From Octopus vulgaris (Eukaryota), in contig OX597831.1 of assembly GCA_951406725.2 (NCBI GenBank), positions 46,562,001 through 46,626,000 on the forward strand: a DNA stretch of 64,000 bases. Direction: 5' to 3'. Below, piece after piece: positions 1 to 12,553 of the stretch. Position 1 is the first letter of the stretch; every line of letters begins with the position of its first letter. The notes beneath the pieces were generated by a model. The model did not search any database and was not told the DNA's origin. It saw nothing but the letters and a program-made list of their open reading frames with translations. The translations under genes were made by a program, and so were the position numbers.

Positions 1-499
1 ATAACCTGTCTGCCACGATAATCTTCGAACTGAAACTACGAATCAAAAGTCTACACCCGTCTTTTCTTTCTTCAATCGTAACGCTTCTGACTTCACACAA
101 TTGCAGCACGTACCGGTTGAAATGCTATTCATATTTGTTTACTCCAATCTCTGTCTCCACTTATATATCTATTAGATTTAACATAATCGTATTAACTACA
201 TCACTTTCTGTCACTAGTTATTGTCCCTCGCGTGGCACATTACAAGATGAATATTAATTATTCAGATTTTTATCTTTCTGTACTTCCATCTGATGTTTGT
301 TCTCCATTCAGTTTCATGCTACAATTGTTAGATCTGATCCCGATATACAATCGCCTAACACGTTTGTTCGTATCTGCAGGACTCGTTGACGTCACGTATC
401 GGACACTTTTGCAGCGCGTTGATGACACTACAATAAAAGTCTTCTTGATTAAACACGAGTTCTCTCATCAGATTAAACGACAACGTTACCTCATTCTGA

Positions 500-780
500 C
501 TAACTTATAATGTTTTCTTGGCAGAAATATTAGGGTGGTTTGCCATTGCTTTCCCTAACTGGATAGCCATTGGCACACAAAGAGCTCATCCGACCTTCGA
601 CAGATCTTGTTTTAATCTTGTTGGGTGGACCAGACACCCTCTTCATAAGAATAAGCAAGCTATCCAAGTGGAGGAACCAGTTTAGTTGCCGACTGCTCAA
701 CCATGGAACATGGTACCAGTAGCAGCTCTCAGCCTGTGATGAGATCACTGACCAGAAGTCAATCTACTGAACTAGATGCA
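500..780 (-). mobile_element. RTE-type LINE 5' UTR fragment, homologous to 24528-25085
   Basis: Minus strand has gggaaagcaatggcaaaccaccctaatatttctgccaagaaaac (RTE/Bov-A-like motif). It shares gctactggta.catgt, gtcggcaactaaactgg, agcttgctt and gtc.aagg.cgga.ga with 24548-24720. Confidence 0.65.
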
Positions 781-785
781 TTATG

Positions 786-849
<64 letters not shown>

Positions 850-852
<3 letters not shown>

Positions 853-1232
853 ATTTAGGGATGGTCATGTTGTCAGTTTAGCCAATAAAAACACACACTA
901 TATATTTGGTGTTAATTTGCTTCAGCCTTATTTTATTTTTTACATTAATCGTATTACGGCCAGAGTTCTTTCGCCACACTTGTGTGACGAAAGAACTGGT
1001 CCTTCGCTTTCTTCTTTCTTATTTGTGAGTCTTTCCTTACTAACGATCAACCATTTTGTATTTTGTATTCCTATTGTATGACATACAAAGGACCACAGAA
1101 GTGTGACGAAAGAACTCTGGCCGAAATACGATTAATGTAAAAAATAAAATAAAGTTGAAGCAAATTAACACCAAATATATAGTGCGTGTGTTTTTATTGG
1201 CTAAACTAGCAACATGACCATCCCTAAATACA
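850..1232. mobile_element. Foldback element (MITE, or head-to-head LTR-like units) with ~135-bp inverted arms
   Basis: 850-985 is the near-exact reverse complement of 1096-1232. Ends are TGTA...TACA, and the left end abuts (TA)n. Confidence 0.75.
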
Positions 1233-1292
1233 ATATCTTTTTCAACACACGATTTCACTTCAAGAATCTTGCAAAACGAATATACAAACGTA

Positions 1293-1360
<68 letters not shown>

Positions 1361-1371
1361 CGCGCGCGCGC

Positions 1372-1456
<85 letters not shown>

Positions 1457-1499
1457 CACACACACATATTTATGACGGAAACGGCATAGAAGCTCCTCA

Positions 1500-2090
1500 G
1501 ACAGATGGAACCTATAATTGGAAGGTACTTTCTTGTCACACACTGTGATTCTGCCTGAGAATTTATCTTAATATCTGTTCATCGCCGATGCAAAGAGGAA
1601 ATTCAGTTAACTGAAACCGACGGTGATCCGGGAGCGGAATACTTTCTCTTTCTGATTGATTTTCCAGACTTAAATCTTTCTAACTAGTCGCTTGTTTATT
1701 ACCAAAACTGAACAGAGAGAAAGGAGAGACCATCTTGTGCCTTCTAACCATGTTTAAGAAGTCCTTGCCTACATTTATTGGACAAGATATTGTAATTATT
1801 TTTAGTATGTGAATAATATTCTCGTTATTTGAGAACTACGCTTTTTTCTCTCTCCAATAATTCAAGTTCAGCTCTGCTTTGATCTTGCTGTATTTTTATT
1901 CATATCCTGTTATTCCAGTAAAAACAGTCATAGTATTGGAAATGTATTTTGGGTATTGACTAATGTACTCTCGCTCTTCTTCTTCTTCAGTAATATTCAT
2001 TTTGGTTTCTAATGCGTATTGAGTTGTCCTTGAACGATTTTAGTATTGCTACTTCAGTTTCTCTGTGGTAGTGTTCGCTTTTGACGCTTC
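1500..2090 (-). mobile_element. Degraded Penelope-like element fragment (thumb/linker region)
   Basis: Minus translation ISCPINVGKDFLNMVRRHK resembles the PLE motif TNIGKxFLxLIDKHF; multiple stops. Confidence 0.5.
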
Positions 2091-2254
2091 TCATCGTGTA
2101 GCCCAGCCGATTTTGAGAGTTGGCGAGATTGGGGGAGATAGATAGATAGATAGATAGATAGAGATAGAGAGAGAGAGAGAAGGAGGGATAGAGAGGGAGG
2201 GAGAGAGAGAGAGAGAGAGAGAGAGAACGACTCCTTGTATTTTACTGATCAACC

Positions 2255-3320
2255 TCGTAAGAATAAAAAGTATTGCCGGTTCTGGTAGAGTTTGAACCCG
2301 TAGCACAGAGAGCCGGAACAAATATCGCAATGAATGTTATCAGATAGTATAAGGATTTTGCCTTTACACCGCCCTACACAGTACGCAACTGGTACTTAAT
2401 TTATCGCTCCCAAATGGATGGAAGGCAAAGTCGACCTCGGCGGAATGGATGGAAGGCAAAGTCGACCTCGGCGGAATTTGAACTCTGAACGTAAAGACGG
2501 ACGAAATACCTATTTTTTTACTACCCACAAGGGGCTAAATACAGAGAGGGCAAACAAGGACAGACAAACGGATTAAATCGATTATATCGTCCCCAGTGGG
2601 TAACTGGTACTTAGTTAATAAACCCCGAAAGGATGAAAGGCAAAGTTGGCCTCGGCGGAATTTGAACTCAGAACGTAGCGACAGACGAAATATCGATAAC
2701 GGCGTGCTAGCGTTTCTTATTTTTATTTCTTTACTACCCACAAGGGGCTAAACACAGAGGGGACAAACAAGGACAGACAAACAGATTAAGCCGATTACAT
2801 CGACCCCAGTGCGTAACTGGTACTTAATTTATCGACCCCGAAAGGATGAAAGGCAAAGTCGACCTCGACGGAATTTGAACTCAGAACGTAAAGACAGACG
2901 AAATACCTATTTCTTTACTACCCACAAGGGGCTAAACACAGAGGGGACGAACAATGACAGACAAAGGGATTAAGTCGATTATATCGACACCAGTGCGTAA
3001 CTGGTACATATTTAATCGACCCCGAAACGATGAAAGGCAGAGTCGACATCGGCGGAATTTGAACTCAGAACGTAGCGCAGACGAAATACCTATTTCTTTA
3101 CTACCCACAAGGGACTAAACACAGAGGGGACAAACAAGGACAGACAAACGGATTAAGTCGATTACATCGACCCCAGTACGTAACTGGTACTTGTTTAATC
3201 GACCCCGAAAGGATGAAATACAAAGTCGACCTCGGTGGAATTTGAATTCAGAACGTAACGGCAGACGAAATACGGCTACGCATTTCGCCCGGCATGCTAA
3301 CGATTCTGCCAGCTCGCCGC
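2255..3320 (-). mobile_element. Tandem array (~5 units of ~183 bp) of tRNA-derived SINE family A
   Basis: Minus head ggcgagctggcagaatcgttagca (A box) and gagttcaaattcc (B box); central gtcgactttgcctttcatcctttcggggtcgataaattaagtaccag (Meta/MESC-like by recall); units repeated head-to-tail. Confidence 0.9.
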
Positions 3321-3729
3321 TTTATGGCAAATATAATATTATTCTTGTTAGATTCTTCGAATATTCTAATCAGTTTTTGGTCTCAACAGTTTCATTGGTT
3401 TTGGGGAATTTTACTTCTCATTTTATTCAAAAATTGTTCTAACATATCATGCCACATGAGGTTGCATGTATTTTGAGTATATGTAATTTCAGAAAAAACT
3501 TGCACACAATTCATACACGCATGAATATATATAATATATATATGGGTGTGTGTGTGTGTATGTGTTTTTGTGTGAGTGAGCATGTGTATGAATTTCTATA
3601 TACATATATATTTTGCGTGAGTGTCTGTATATATGAACACACACACACGCACTCACACACATATATGATGAGCATATATACATATGCATGTATATATGTA
3701 TGTATCTGTGTGTGTGTGCGTGCGTGTAT

Positions 3730-4521
3730 ATATATATATAAAACTCAACTGTGTGTGTATCTCTGTGTGTGTATCTGTGTGTGTGTCTGTGTGTGTGTCT
3801 GTGTGTTTAACTTCCCGGCACATCTCCTCCTAGCCAACAAATCGTAGAACCACCAAAAATGGGTCACTTAAAGTTTAGGCGAAGAAAAATTGAACTGCGC
3901 TATTTCTGTTCCGAAATTTATGTCGCAAGTGCAAAAATCGATTATGTGTTTGTTTAGGCCTTAACTGTGTTCACCACGGGTGCAAGCATGAAAAGTAAAA
4001 AAATCAAGATATAAAAACGAATCGCCGTAAACATTGTAGAAATTCGGCAAAGAAATGAATTTTCGGAATGTAGCCTGGAGGGTTTTTTCGTATTAATCGT
4101 TTGGACTTTGTGAACACATACCAATTGTTTTCATAACATTTTTAACGCTTTGAATTAAATGTGATCATTTTGCGTTGATTCTGCAGTTTGAAACACTTTA
4201 ACCAAATTTTAGCAGGCCGGATTTTTGATAATCACGATACATTGCCAGCGACTTCCTGAAACTCTCCCCTGAAATCCCCGTTGAGAAATACTGATCTAAA
4301 AGAATAATTCAACAATGCAATTATTTGATCAACAAAAATTTATGAAACGCTTCTACGTACTTCCTATTGAGGAAATGGAACACATAAGCGCAAAAGTAGA
4401 GGGCATTAAATGCTTGATTTTAAAACCAAAATAATTGAATTTTGATTGAACTTCATCCAAGTTTAGCTTAATTCGCGCGTGCATAGAACGCACGAGCGCA
4501 CGAGCCGGGTAATACTGCTAG
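3730..4521 (+). mobile_element. Non-autonomous Helitron
   Basis: 5' tatatataaaactcaa followed by a (GTGT/GTCT)n tract; 3' GC-rich segment ending gagccgggtaatactgCTAG then T. Confidence 0.7.
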
Positions 4522-4540
4522 TATATATATACATACACAC

Positions 4541-4765
4541 ACGAGGGGTTTCTTTTATTCTCTTATTCTTTTATTTGTTTCAGTCATTTGACTCTGGTCA
4601 TGCTGGAGCACCGCCTTTAGTCGAGCAAATCGACCCCAGGACTTATTCTTTGTAAGCCTAGTACTTATCCTATCGGTCTCTCTTGCAGAACCGCTAAGTA
4701 ACGGGGACATAGATATACCAGCATCGTTTGTCAACCGATGTTGGAGGGACAAACACAGACACACA

Positions 4766-4830
<65 letters not shown>

Positions 4831-5130
4831 CGGGCTTCTTTCAGTTTCCGTTTACCAAATCCACTCACAAGACCTTGGTCGGCCCGAGGCTATAGTAGAA
4901 GACACTTGCCCATGGTGCCATACAGTGGAAATGAACCCGGAACCATGTGGTTGGTAAGCAAGCTACTTACTACACAGCCACTCCTGTGCTGAAAAGTTCA
5001 TGGCTTTAAGGGTGTCATGACAGGCCTGGCCTAAATTTCCAATTTCTTTTACAAGCTTAGAAAAACCGAAGGGCTGCTGCAATAAGTGAATGAATTTGGG
5101 AGGGGAATATGTTAAATAAAATCATAATTA
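4541..5130 (+). mobile_element. Mariner-derived deletion element split by SINE B inside its left TIR
   Basis: acgaggggtt (4541) rejoins gctgaaaagttc (4988). The following sequence encodes a mariner C-terminus-like CNK*MNLGGEYVK*. Confidence 0.55.
4555..4988 (-). mobile_element. SINE family B (tRNA head, CORE-like domain, internal microsatellite)
   Basis: Minus ggagtggctgtgtagtaagtagcttgcttacc...gggttcatttcc...ccatgggcaagtgtcttc; (TA)n in the middle; tail gactgaaacaaataaaagaataa. Confidence 0.9.
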
Positions 5131-5134
5131 TGTA

Positions 5135-5460
5135 CTCATCAGAACGACATTAATTATAATAGGTGTGGAATTAACCTTGAAAATATCAATAGGAGAAGTA
5201 GACAATGGCAATTCAATGAAACGGAAAGATAGCTTAAGGCAAGTTGTTTGGTATAATGCCCTATACAGAGCCATGATCGATGTCAATATTCTAAGAAAAT
5301 CTTTCGTGACCTTGGAGATGAACTTTCCACCATCAAGTCGATACAGGAAATTGTTTAATAAGCATTCAATTAAGTTTGTATAAGAATCTAGCAGAAATTA
5401 TATCCTCACACAACGTTGTAAATTTTAGAGTTCATGCTTCTTGATTAGACCTATCGAAGC
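5135..5460 (+). mobile_element. Penelope-like element, left half (thumb/linker), interrupted by the Dong LINE
   Basis: RQVVWYNALY...VNILRKSF...MNFPPSSRYRKLFNKHSIKFV...IISSHN matches PLE IIWFNPPY...HFP...KIFNRNTVKVSY...IxxHN. Confidence 0.75.
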
Positions 5461-5467
5461 GTTATTA

Positions 5468-5517
<50 letters not shown>

Positions 5518-8500
5518 GTTCAGTAGTTTTATTTTTATAGCGTGCTTTCACTTCACTACCGAGCGCAGCTCTGCGTGCCTTAGGTATGTGCTGTGATTTG
5601 TTGTGATGCTCTGATGGTTATTGTATGGAAAGTGTTCTGCGTAGGATGTGTGCAGTGCCTAGTAGTGCAATTTTCTGTATGTTATATGTGTTTGTAAGTC
5701 CTGGTGTTTTTGCTATGTATTTGTCTGAATATTTTTTATCATATCTAATGCACCTACTATGATAGGAATTGTTTCTGATTTTAGATTCCACATTCTGGTT
5801 ACCTCTTTTTCCAGGTCTTTGTATTTTGAAAGTTTCTCCATTTCTTTTAGAGACACGTTGTCATCTGCCGGTATTGATACATCAATTAGAAAGCATTTTT
5901 TTCTTCGTGATCTCTGACAACTATATCTGGTATGTTGGCCTTAATTTCTCTATATGTGTGTATCGGCATATCCCAGAGTATGGTTGCTTTCTCGTTTTCT
6001 GTGATCTTTTCTGGCGTGTGCCTATACCATCTCTATTCTGTTGTTATTCCATAATGTTGGCATAGCTTCCAATGTATGTAGGTTCCAACTCTGTCATGTC
6101 TGTGAATATATCCCTTCTTAGCCAGGACTGGGCAGCCAGAGATAATATGATTTTTTGTTTCTTGTCCACCGCCACATATTCTGCAGTTACTTGTTATATT
6201 TCTTTTCATTACATGTTTTTGGTAATTTCTGGTGGGGAGGCTTTGGTCTTGTGCTGCAATTAAAAATCCCTCTGTCTCTGCTTTGAGTCCTGAGCTTCTC
6301 AACCATTGCTGGGATTTTTCTTTGTCTATTTCTTTTGTGTTTAGTTTAGTCCAGTATTTACCATGAAGGGGCTTTTCTTGCCATCGCTTTATCATGGTTC
6401 GTTGCTGTTCTATTTTTAGTTTGGATTTCATTTGTTTTATAGCTTTTGTTGTTTCTTCTTCTTCTTCTTCTTCTTCTTCTTCTTCTTCTTCTTCTTCTTC
6501 TTCTTCTTCTTCTTCTTCTTCTTCTTCTTCTTCTTCTTCTTCTTCTTCATATTTATTAGGTGGTATGATTTCTTGTTTGTATTTGTCAGCTTCCTTAAAT
6601 ACTGAGAACAGTTTTTTTGTTTTGCTCGTGTTTTGCCGCTATTTGTATCAGTTTTCCTTCCTTCTGAAGTAGATATTTTTGCAGTCCTATGGTGGTTATT
6701 TTATAGTAGTTTTCCAGCTGTATAAGGCCTCTACCACCTTCTATACGTTGTATATATAGTCTTTCTATGTCAGATTTTGGGTGATGCATCCTAGATCCTG
6801 TTATTATTTTTCTTGTTTTCCTATCTATTTTGGTCAGTTCATTTAGTGTCCAGTTAAGGCTATTGTAGCTGTAACTTATAACTGGGACAGCTAAAGTGTT
6901 AATACCTATTATCTTGTTTTTAGCATTGAGCTCTCTTTTTAGTATTGATCTAACTCGTCTATAATATTCTTTTTTTATTTTCTCTTTCATTTGTGTGTGT
7001 TGTGTCTTATCTAGTTCATGGATTCCTAAGTATTTGTAAGTTTGGCTTTGGTCTAATTCTTTTATTTCATTGGTTTTATCTAGTGTGATGTTGCTACTCT
7101 TAACTAGTTTTCCTTTTTCATGGTTACTTTGGCGCATTTTTCTAATCCAAATTTCATATCTATTTCTTTGGTAAATCCATGAACTGTCTTTAATAGTGTT
7201 TCCAGCTGTTTGTCATTTGCAGCGTATAGTTTTAGGTCATCCATATATAAAAGGTGGCTGATCTTTTTGCTGTAACATTTATATCCGCATCCAGTTCTAT
7301 TTAGCATATCAGATAGAGGTGGCAGTGCCAAGCAGAAAAGGAGTGGAGAGAGAGTGTCTCCCTGGAATATTCCTCTTCTAATGGGGATGGCTTTGGTTTT
7401 CATGAGTCACTCTTTTGTTTGGAGGTGTAGCACTGTTTGTCATTTATTCATAGAGTGCCCTATGAATTTTATAATTGTTGGTGCTACTTTGTTAATGGCT
7501 AGTGTTTCGAGGATCCATGTGTGGGGGATGCTATCAAACGCTTTTTTGTAGTCGATCCAGGCCACACTGAGGCCTTTCTTCTTTCTGTGGCTGTCTTCAG
7601 TTATGGCTTTATTAATCATTAGTTGATCTTTACAGCCATATAAGCCTTTGCGACATCCTTTCTGCTCTTCTGGAAACAGGTTGTTTTCGTCCAGGTGCTT
7701 GTTCAACCTTTGCGATATCACTGCAGTAAATGCCTTGTACATTGTAGGGAGACAGGTTATTGGTCTGTAGTTTTCTGGTTTTGCTGTCTCATTTGATTTG
7801 GGAATTAAGATGGTTTTCCCCTTCGTGAGCCATTCAGGCATTGTCTCTGGCTCTGCTAGTATATTGTTAAAGTTTTCAGCCAGCTTTTTGTGCATTCCTG
7901 TTAGATATTTCAACCAGAAGTTGGGGATCTTGTCATGCCCAGGTGCCTTCCAGTTGCTTAGTTTTTGCAGTGCCTGGGTGACCTCTTCAGTTGTTATGGG
8001 GGTCCAAAGTTGCTCAGATGCTGAGTTTGTTGTTTTAATACTCCTTTTTTTGGTTGTTCGTTCGCCGACCATATTTCTCTCCAGAATTCTTCCACTTCTT
8101 CTGCCGTTGGTGCTGCAGTGATTTCTATTTTATTTTTGCCAAGTTCTTGGTAGAACTTTTGGGGTTGGAGTTGAACTTTTTGTTTTGTTCAAAGAAGCGC
8201 TGGCGTTTCTCGTACCGGCGGATCCTATGTGCTTTGGCTAGGATATCTTGCTTCAGCTTTTCTTTTATCTCAGGTAAATCTTTTTCTGTGATGTTATATT
8301 TGCGGAGTATTTTTGTTTTCTTTTTGTTGCTCAGTAGAGTTGATTGTCTACTGATTTCATTAAGAATCGACAGATTTTTTCTCATTTTTTGTATTTTGCT
8401 TTGGATGTTATTTATCCACAGGGTTTGTTTGGGTGGTGGTACTCTTGTTTAGATGGGTTTGAGTGAGTAACCGGCTTCTTTTATGGCTGCAGTGGCTGCT

Positions 8501-9680
8501 GCGTATACTAAGTCATTTAGCTCAGTGATATCGCTTTTTGTTTCAGTGGCTATTAGTTCCGTGACGGTTAGGTTTATGCTGTTTATAATTGGTGTTGTTG
8601 TTTCGTCTATTTTGATTTTTGGAAGGTATGGTCGGTGGTCCATTTTGAGCTCTGTGGTTTTCAGTTCTTTGATTATTTTACTTTTTATATTATCATAATC
8701 ATTAGGCTCCCCTTCGTTGTTTCCAGGTTTTAGATTTGTGTCGCTTTCTTTCTTATTTATATGTTTGTTTGCCGTGTTTTGGCTTGCTGTTTGTCGTGTA
8801 TTATTATGCATCCTTACGGTCTAGGTTTGTTGTTTTTTGTTTACATCGTGTTTGTTGGGAATGTTACGTTTATCACGGTGTTTTACTGTTTCAGTGTTTA
8901 TATTATTGGGCATTGTTGTGTGGCTTCTATCTACATTTTCCTGGTGTATTTTTTCTTTTAGATGTTCTATTTCTATTTCTGATATTTTTTTTTGCGTTGA
9001 GAATGTATCTTCGTACGTTAGCTAGTTTATTAGGGTTCATTTCTGTATTCAAGTCTATATTTATGTTATTTTCCTTCCATATTTTATATGTGTGTGTTGT
9101 GTTTTCATTTTTTGGGTAGAGCACTGCTGTGAAGTATGCGTGTAGGATAGAAATGTATTCCTCACGTGTCCATTTATGTCTTTTGGGTTTTATTTGCGGG
9201 ACATGAGGAACAACGCCCGGCCCATTATTTTGACGGTCGTCATTTTCGTAGGGTACCGGTCCGTTCATTTCTGTTGTCATATTGTTTTGTACGTGTAGTT
9301 TTTCGTACATTTTGTGTTGTAAGTTTAAAGTACGTACCTCCCGATTGTTATTCTTGGGTTGAATAATATCGGTGGTATTTAATTTCTTCGTAGTTCCTTT
9401 GTACATGCTGTTTGGGGTCGGGGATGATCTGGTGTTGATGGATCGTAATGTTTCACGCATGTTTACATGTGTTGTGTTAGAGGTGGAGATGATATCAAGT
9501 CAAAATACATCATTTCGTTTCGAAAATAGTAATAAATTTCAATGAGTATTACTTACTCGGATACAGTCCAATCCTTTGTTAGTAAATTTTTGGCTCCATA
9601 CGATGTCCTTGTTTTCGATGTTTGTGGATAGATTTCGGAGCTCTGTTTTATCGTTCTTACATCTTAAACGTCCCCCGGTC
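5518..9680 (-). mobile_element. Near full-length R4/Dong-clade non-LTR retrotransposon with restriction-like endonuclease
   Basis: Domain order is Myb-like, RT, CCHC, PD-(D/E)xK RLE. The 3' UTR ends in (TAA)n at 5462-5517. Confidence 0.92.
5618..9460 (-). pseudogene. Frameshifted single ORF of the R4/Dong LINE (RT + RLE)
   Basis: RHKWTREEY...KLANVRRYIL; NWKAPGHDKIPNFWLK; ENYRPITCL; WIDYKKAFDSIPH; RGIFQGDTLSP; YMDDLK; CRICG..ETKNHIISGC; RHDRV; PDIVV..LIDVSIP; several frameshifts and stops. Confidence 0.92.
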
Positions 9681-9681
9681 G

Positions 9682-9777
9682 TCTTCTTCTTCTTCTTCTT
9701 CTTCTTCTTCTTCTTCTTCTTCTTCTTCTTCTTCTTCTTCTTCTTCTTCTTCTTCTTCTGCTTCTTCTTCATCTTCT

Positions 9778-9822
<45 letters not shown>
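9682..9822. repeat. (TTC)n + (GAT)n compound microsatellite at the LINE 5' boundary
   Basis: Read directly from the sequence. Confidence 0.95.
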
Positions 9823-9823
<1 letters not shown>

Positions 9824-10220
9824 AATTGTGATTGTAGAGACCTTAATAAATGTCCGTTAGATGAACAATGCCTAAGGAGAAAGTAGATACAGGAGAACTA
9901 ATTCACTATTATATGGGTTCTGGCACAACCAGCTTAAAATGACGATAATATAAGCACGTTACTTCTTTTAAACATAGGAATAAGGAAAGCTCGACCTCTT
10001 AATGAAAGTATATTTAGGAACTGAAAGCTAGCAACACGAATTATGATATCAAGGGTGCAATATTGATCAGTGTGTGACCTTATGATATAGAAAAGCTTAG
10101 ACGTGACCTTTATCTCGAAGAATCACTATTTATTCATGTCAGAGTCTAATACTTTGGACAAAAGATATTAACTAGTGTTAAGATGTAAGCATTTATTTAA
10201 CAAAACCTTCAAATGATTCT
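9823..10220 (+). mobile_element. Penelope-like element, right half (GIY-YIG endonuclease relic, CxC..CPL type)
   Basis: NCDCRDLNKCPLDEQCL...YYMGSG...HVTSFKHRNKESSTS..KYI.ELK...PYD...DLYLEE...RCKH, with stops. Confidence 0.75.
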
Positions 10221-11277
10221 CATGAAAATAAGTTACAGCAACAGGAGATGGTAACTTCAGTCTGCCTTCCAGGTTCAGTTCTTTAGTGCTTATAGCAAAT
10301 TTAATTATTTAATAATTTTTAATCATGAGAGTTTCTCTGCTCATATTTTCTACTTATTTATCTACAAGGAAATATTGAACTTCAATTCCCTTTTCTCTTC
10401 TCACAATTCCCTTTTCTCTTCTATTGTTTTTTTTTTACATAAATTTCCTCTACTATATTCTTTTATGCACTATTTTTCTTGTCATCTTTCTGTCACTATA
10501 GTATATCAATTTATAGTTTATTTATGATCTCTGCTTATTAGTTTCATGACCTTTATTATATACCTAAAACCGATTATATTGATATATAGTGAATAGCTAT
10601 CTGTTATTTCTAAATAAATAATTGGGGAGTCTTCAATCTGTCAATTATTTTGTATAATTTAAATCTACTTCTCTACTAACATTTCAAAATCTAGTAGTAA
10701 ACTTCAATACACTGTCCCTGCTATCTGAGGCGGCACTAAACGAGGTAGTAAAGTATCAGACTTCAAATCGTATCAACTATTTATATTTTTGCTGCTACTA
10801 CTGTTCAACTTCTCAGCTTTGCTTGCGTAGGCAACTGGTCAGGCAATTGCATAAACTAGACGACCTAGTTTTCAAATAATACCAACTTGATCAAATTCCT
10901 TTCATTTGATGGTTAGTTTAATGTAGCTCTGAGGAGAAGAGGAGAAAGCAATTGTCCTCTATTTTGCTGTGGATAGGTAATGGACTAATGGATAAATACA
11001 ATTGCACTATGGAACCAAATCTTTCCAATACTTATCTGAAACATTTGTAAGCTTTCAGTAGATTTGAATTTTGTCTTACTTGTACAGCGTTATTGCACAT
11101 CAGCAAATATATTGAATTTTTGTATATACTTCTAACTTGTAACTTGACTTTGTTTCGGAAGTGGAGTGAGTATGTGGCAAAGATGAAGCAGAAACACTGC
11201 GAAATATAGATATCTTTTCTTCTCATTCCCTTCCTGCATAGTTTCGTTTCGTCTACTTCTAAAGTATACTGCGTTTT

Positions 11278-11558
<281 letters not shown>

Positions 11559-11786
11559 TCATACACACACATATGGGTGTGTAACGGATTTGTTCCTCTC
11601 CCGTTGACTCATAATATCTGTCTCTTTCTATTTTACAGCATCTCTCTGTTTAGATATATATATATATATATATATAATACAAAATGGGACATTATATATA
11701 CATACATATATACATACATATATATACATATATATACATATATATATATATATGTATATGTATATATATATATATGCGTGTATATA

Positions 11787-11857
<71 letters not shown>

Positions 11858-11894
11858 GAATATATATTTATATATATATGTGTATGTGTATATA

Positions 11895-12418
11895 TGTAGT
11901 CTGATCAATAAGTATCCGGACTGTTGTCATAGTAACGAAGCTAAAGCACGCAGAGTAAAGATCAAGGAGATCTTGTGCAAACTGAAACCCGAGTGTCAGC
12001 TGAAAGCAGTTTTTGCACAAACTTGGCAGACACGTGTCTCATGCCCAAATTTTCAGACATAATGGACTGAACTGAAGCGTAACTAATCTGCACATCCTCT
12101 AATAACTCTCAGATAGTGATTCGACGATTTTCCCTCACAGCTGCACGCTCATCTGCGATGTTATTCTCAGTTTTCTTGGTTGCATGTCTCTCAGGACATT
12201 TTTACGGCCATCTTGGAAACATCGGAACCACTCGTACACTTGCGTAGGCCTCTGAGCAGGTATCACGAAGACAACTTTCTCTGTCATGGACAATGTGACG
12301 ATCACACGCTACCCACGTCACTTACAAGCACTGCTGTAGACAGCGGAAGTGAGCTAGAGCGTTAAATCTTAGTGCGCATGCACAGCAGACGTCAAGGTCA
12401 ATCTGTGATCAGACCTCC
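11895..12418. mobile_element. Non-autonomous mariner, same family as 34211-35073
   Basis: TIR gtctgatcaataagtatccggactgttg at the left, tgatcagacctcc at the right, TA on both sides; shares gagctag..cgttaaa..cttagtgcgcatgcacagcaga. Confidence 0.85.
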
Positions 12419-12495
<77 letters not shown>

Positions 12496-12503
12496 ATGTG
12501 TGC

Positions 12504-12553
<50 letters not shown>

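Noticed and set aside
495-712. Apparent plus-strand exon (ctaac branch site, ttttcttggcag acceptor)
   Set aside because: All frames hit stops and the peptide is unrecognised; the segment is better explained as a minus-strand RTE 5' UTR.
776-1543. [12 protein letters not shown] ORFs here and throughout the window
   Set aside because: They are translations of stop-free (TA)n, (TG)n, (TATC)n and (TATG)n microsatellites.
2500-3320. CRISPR-like regular array
   Set aside because: Whole ~183-bp units repeat with no unique spacers and no cas genes; the units are SINE-derived.
9823-10220. Selenocysteine recoding in the PLE endonuclease
   Set aside because: The TGA stops do not fall at Cys positions, TAA/TAG stops and frameshifts also occur, and no SECIS was recognised.
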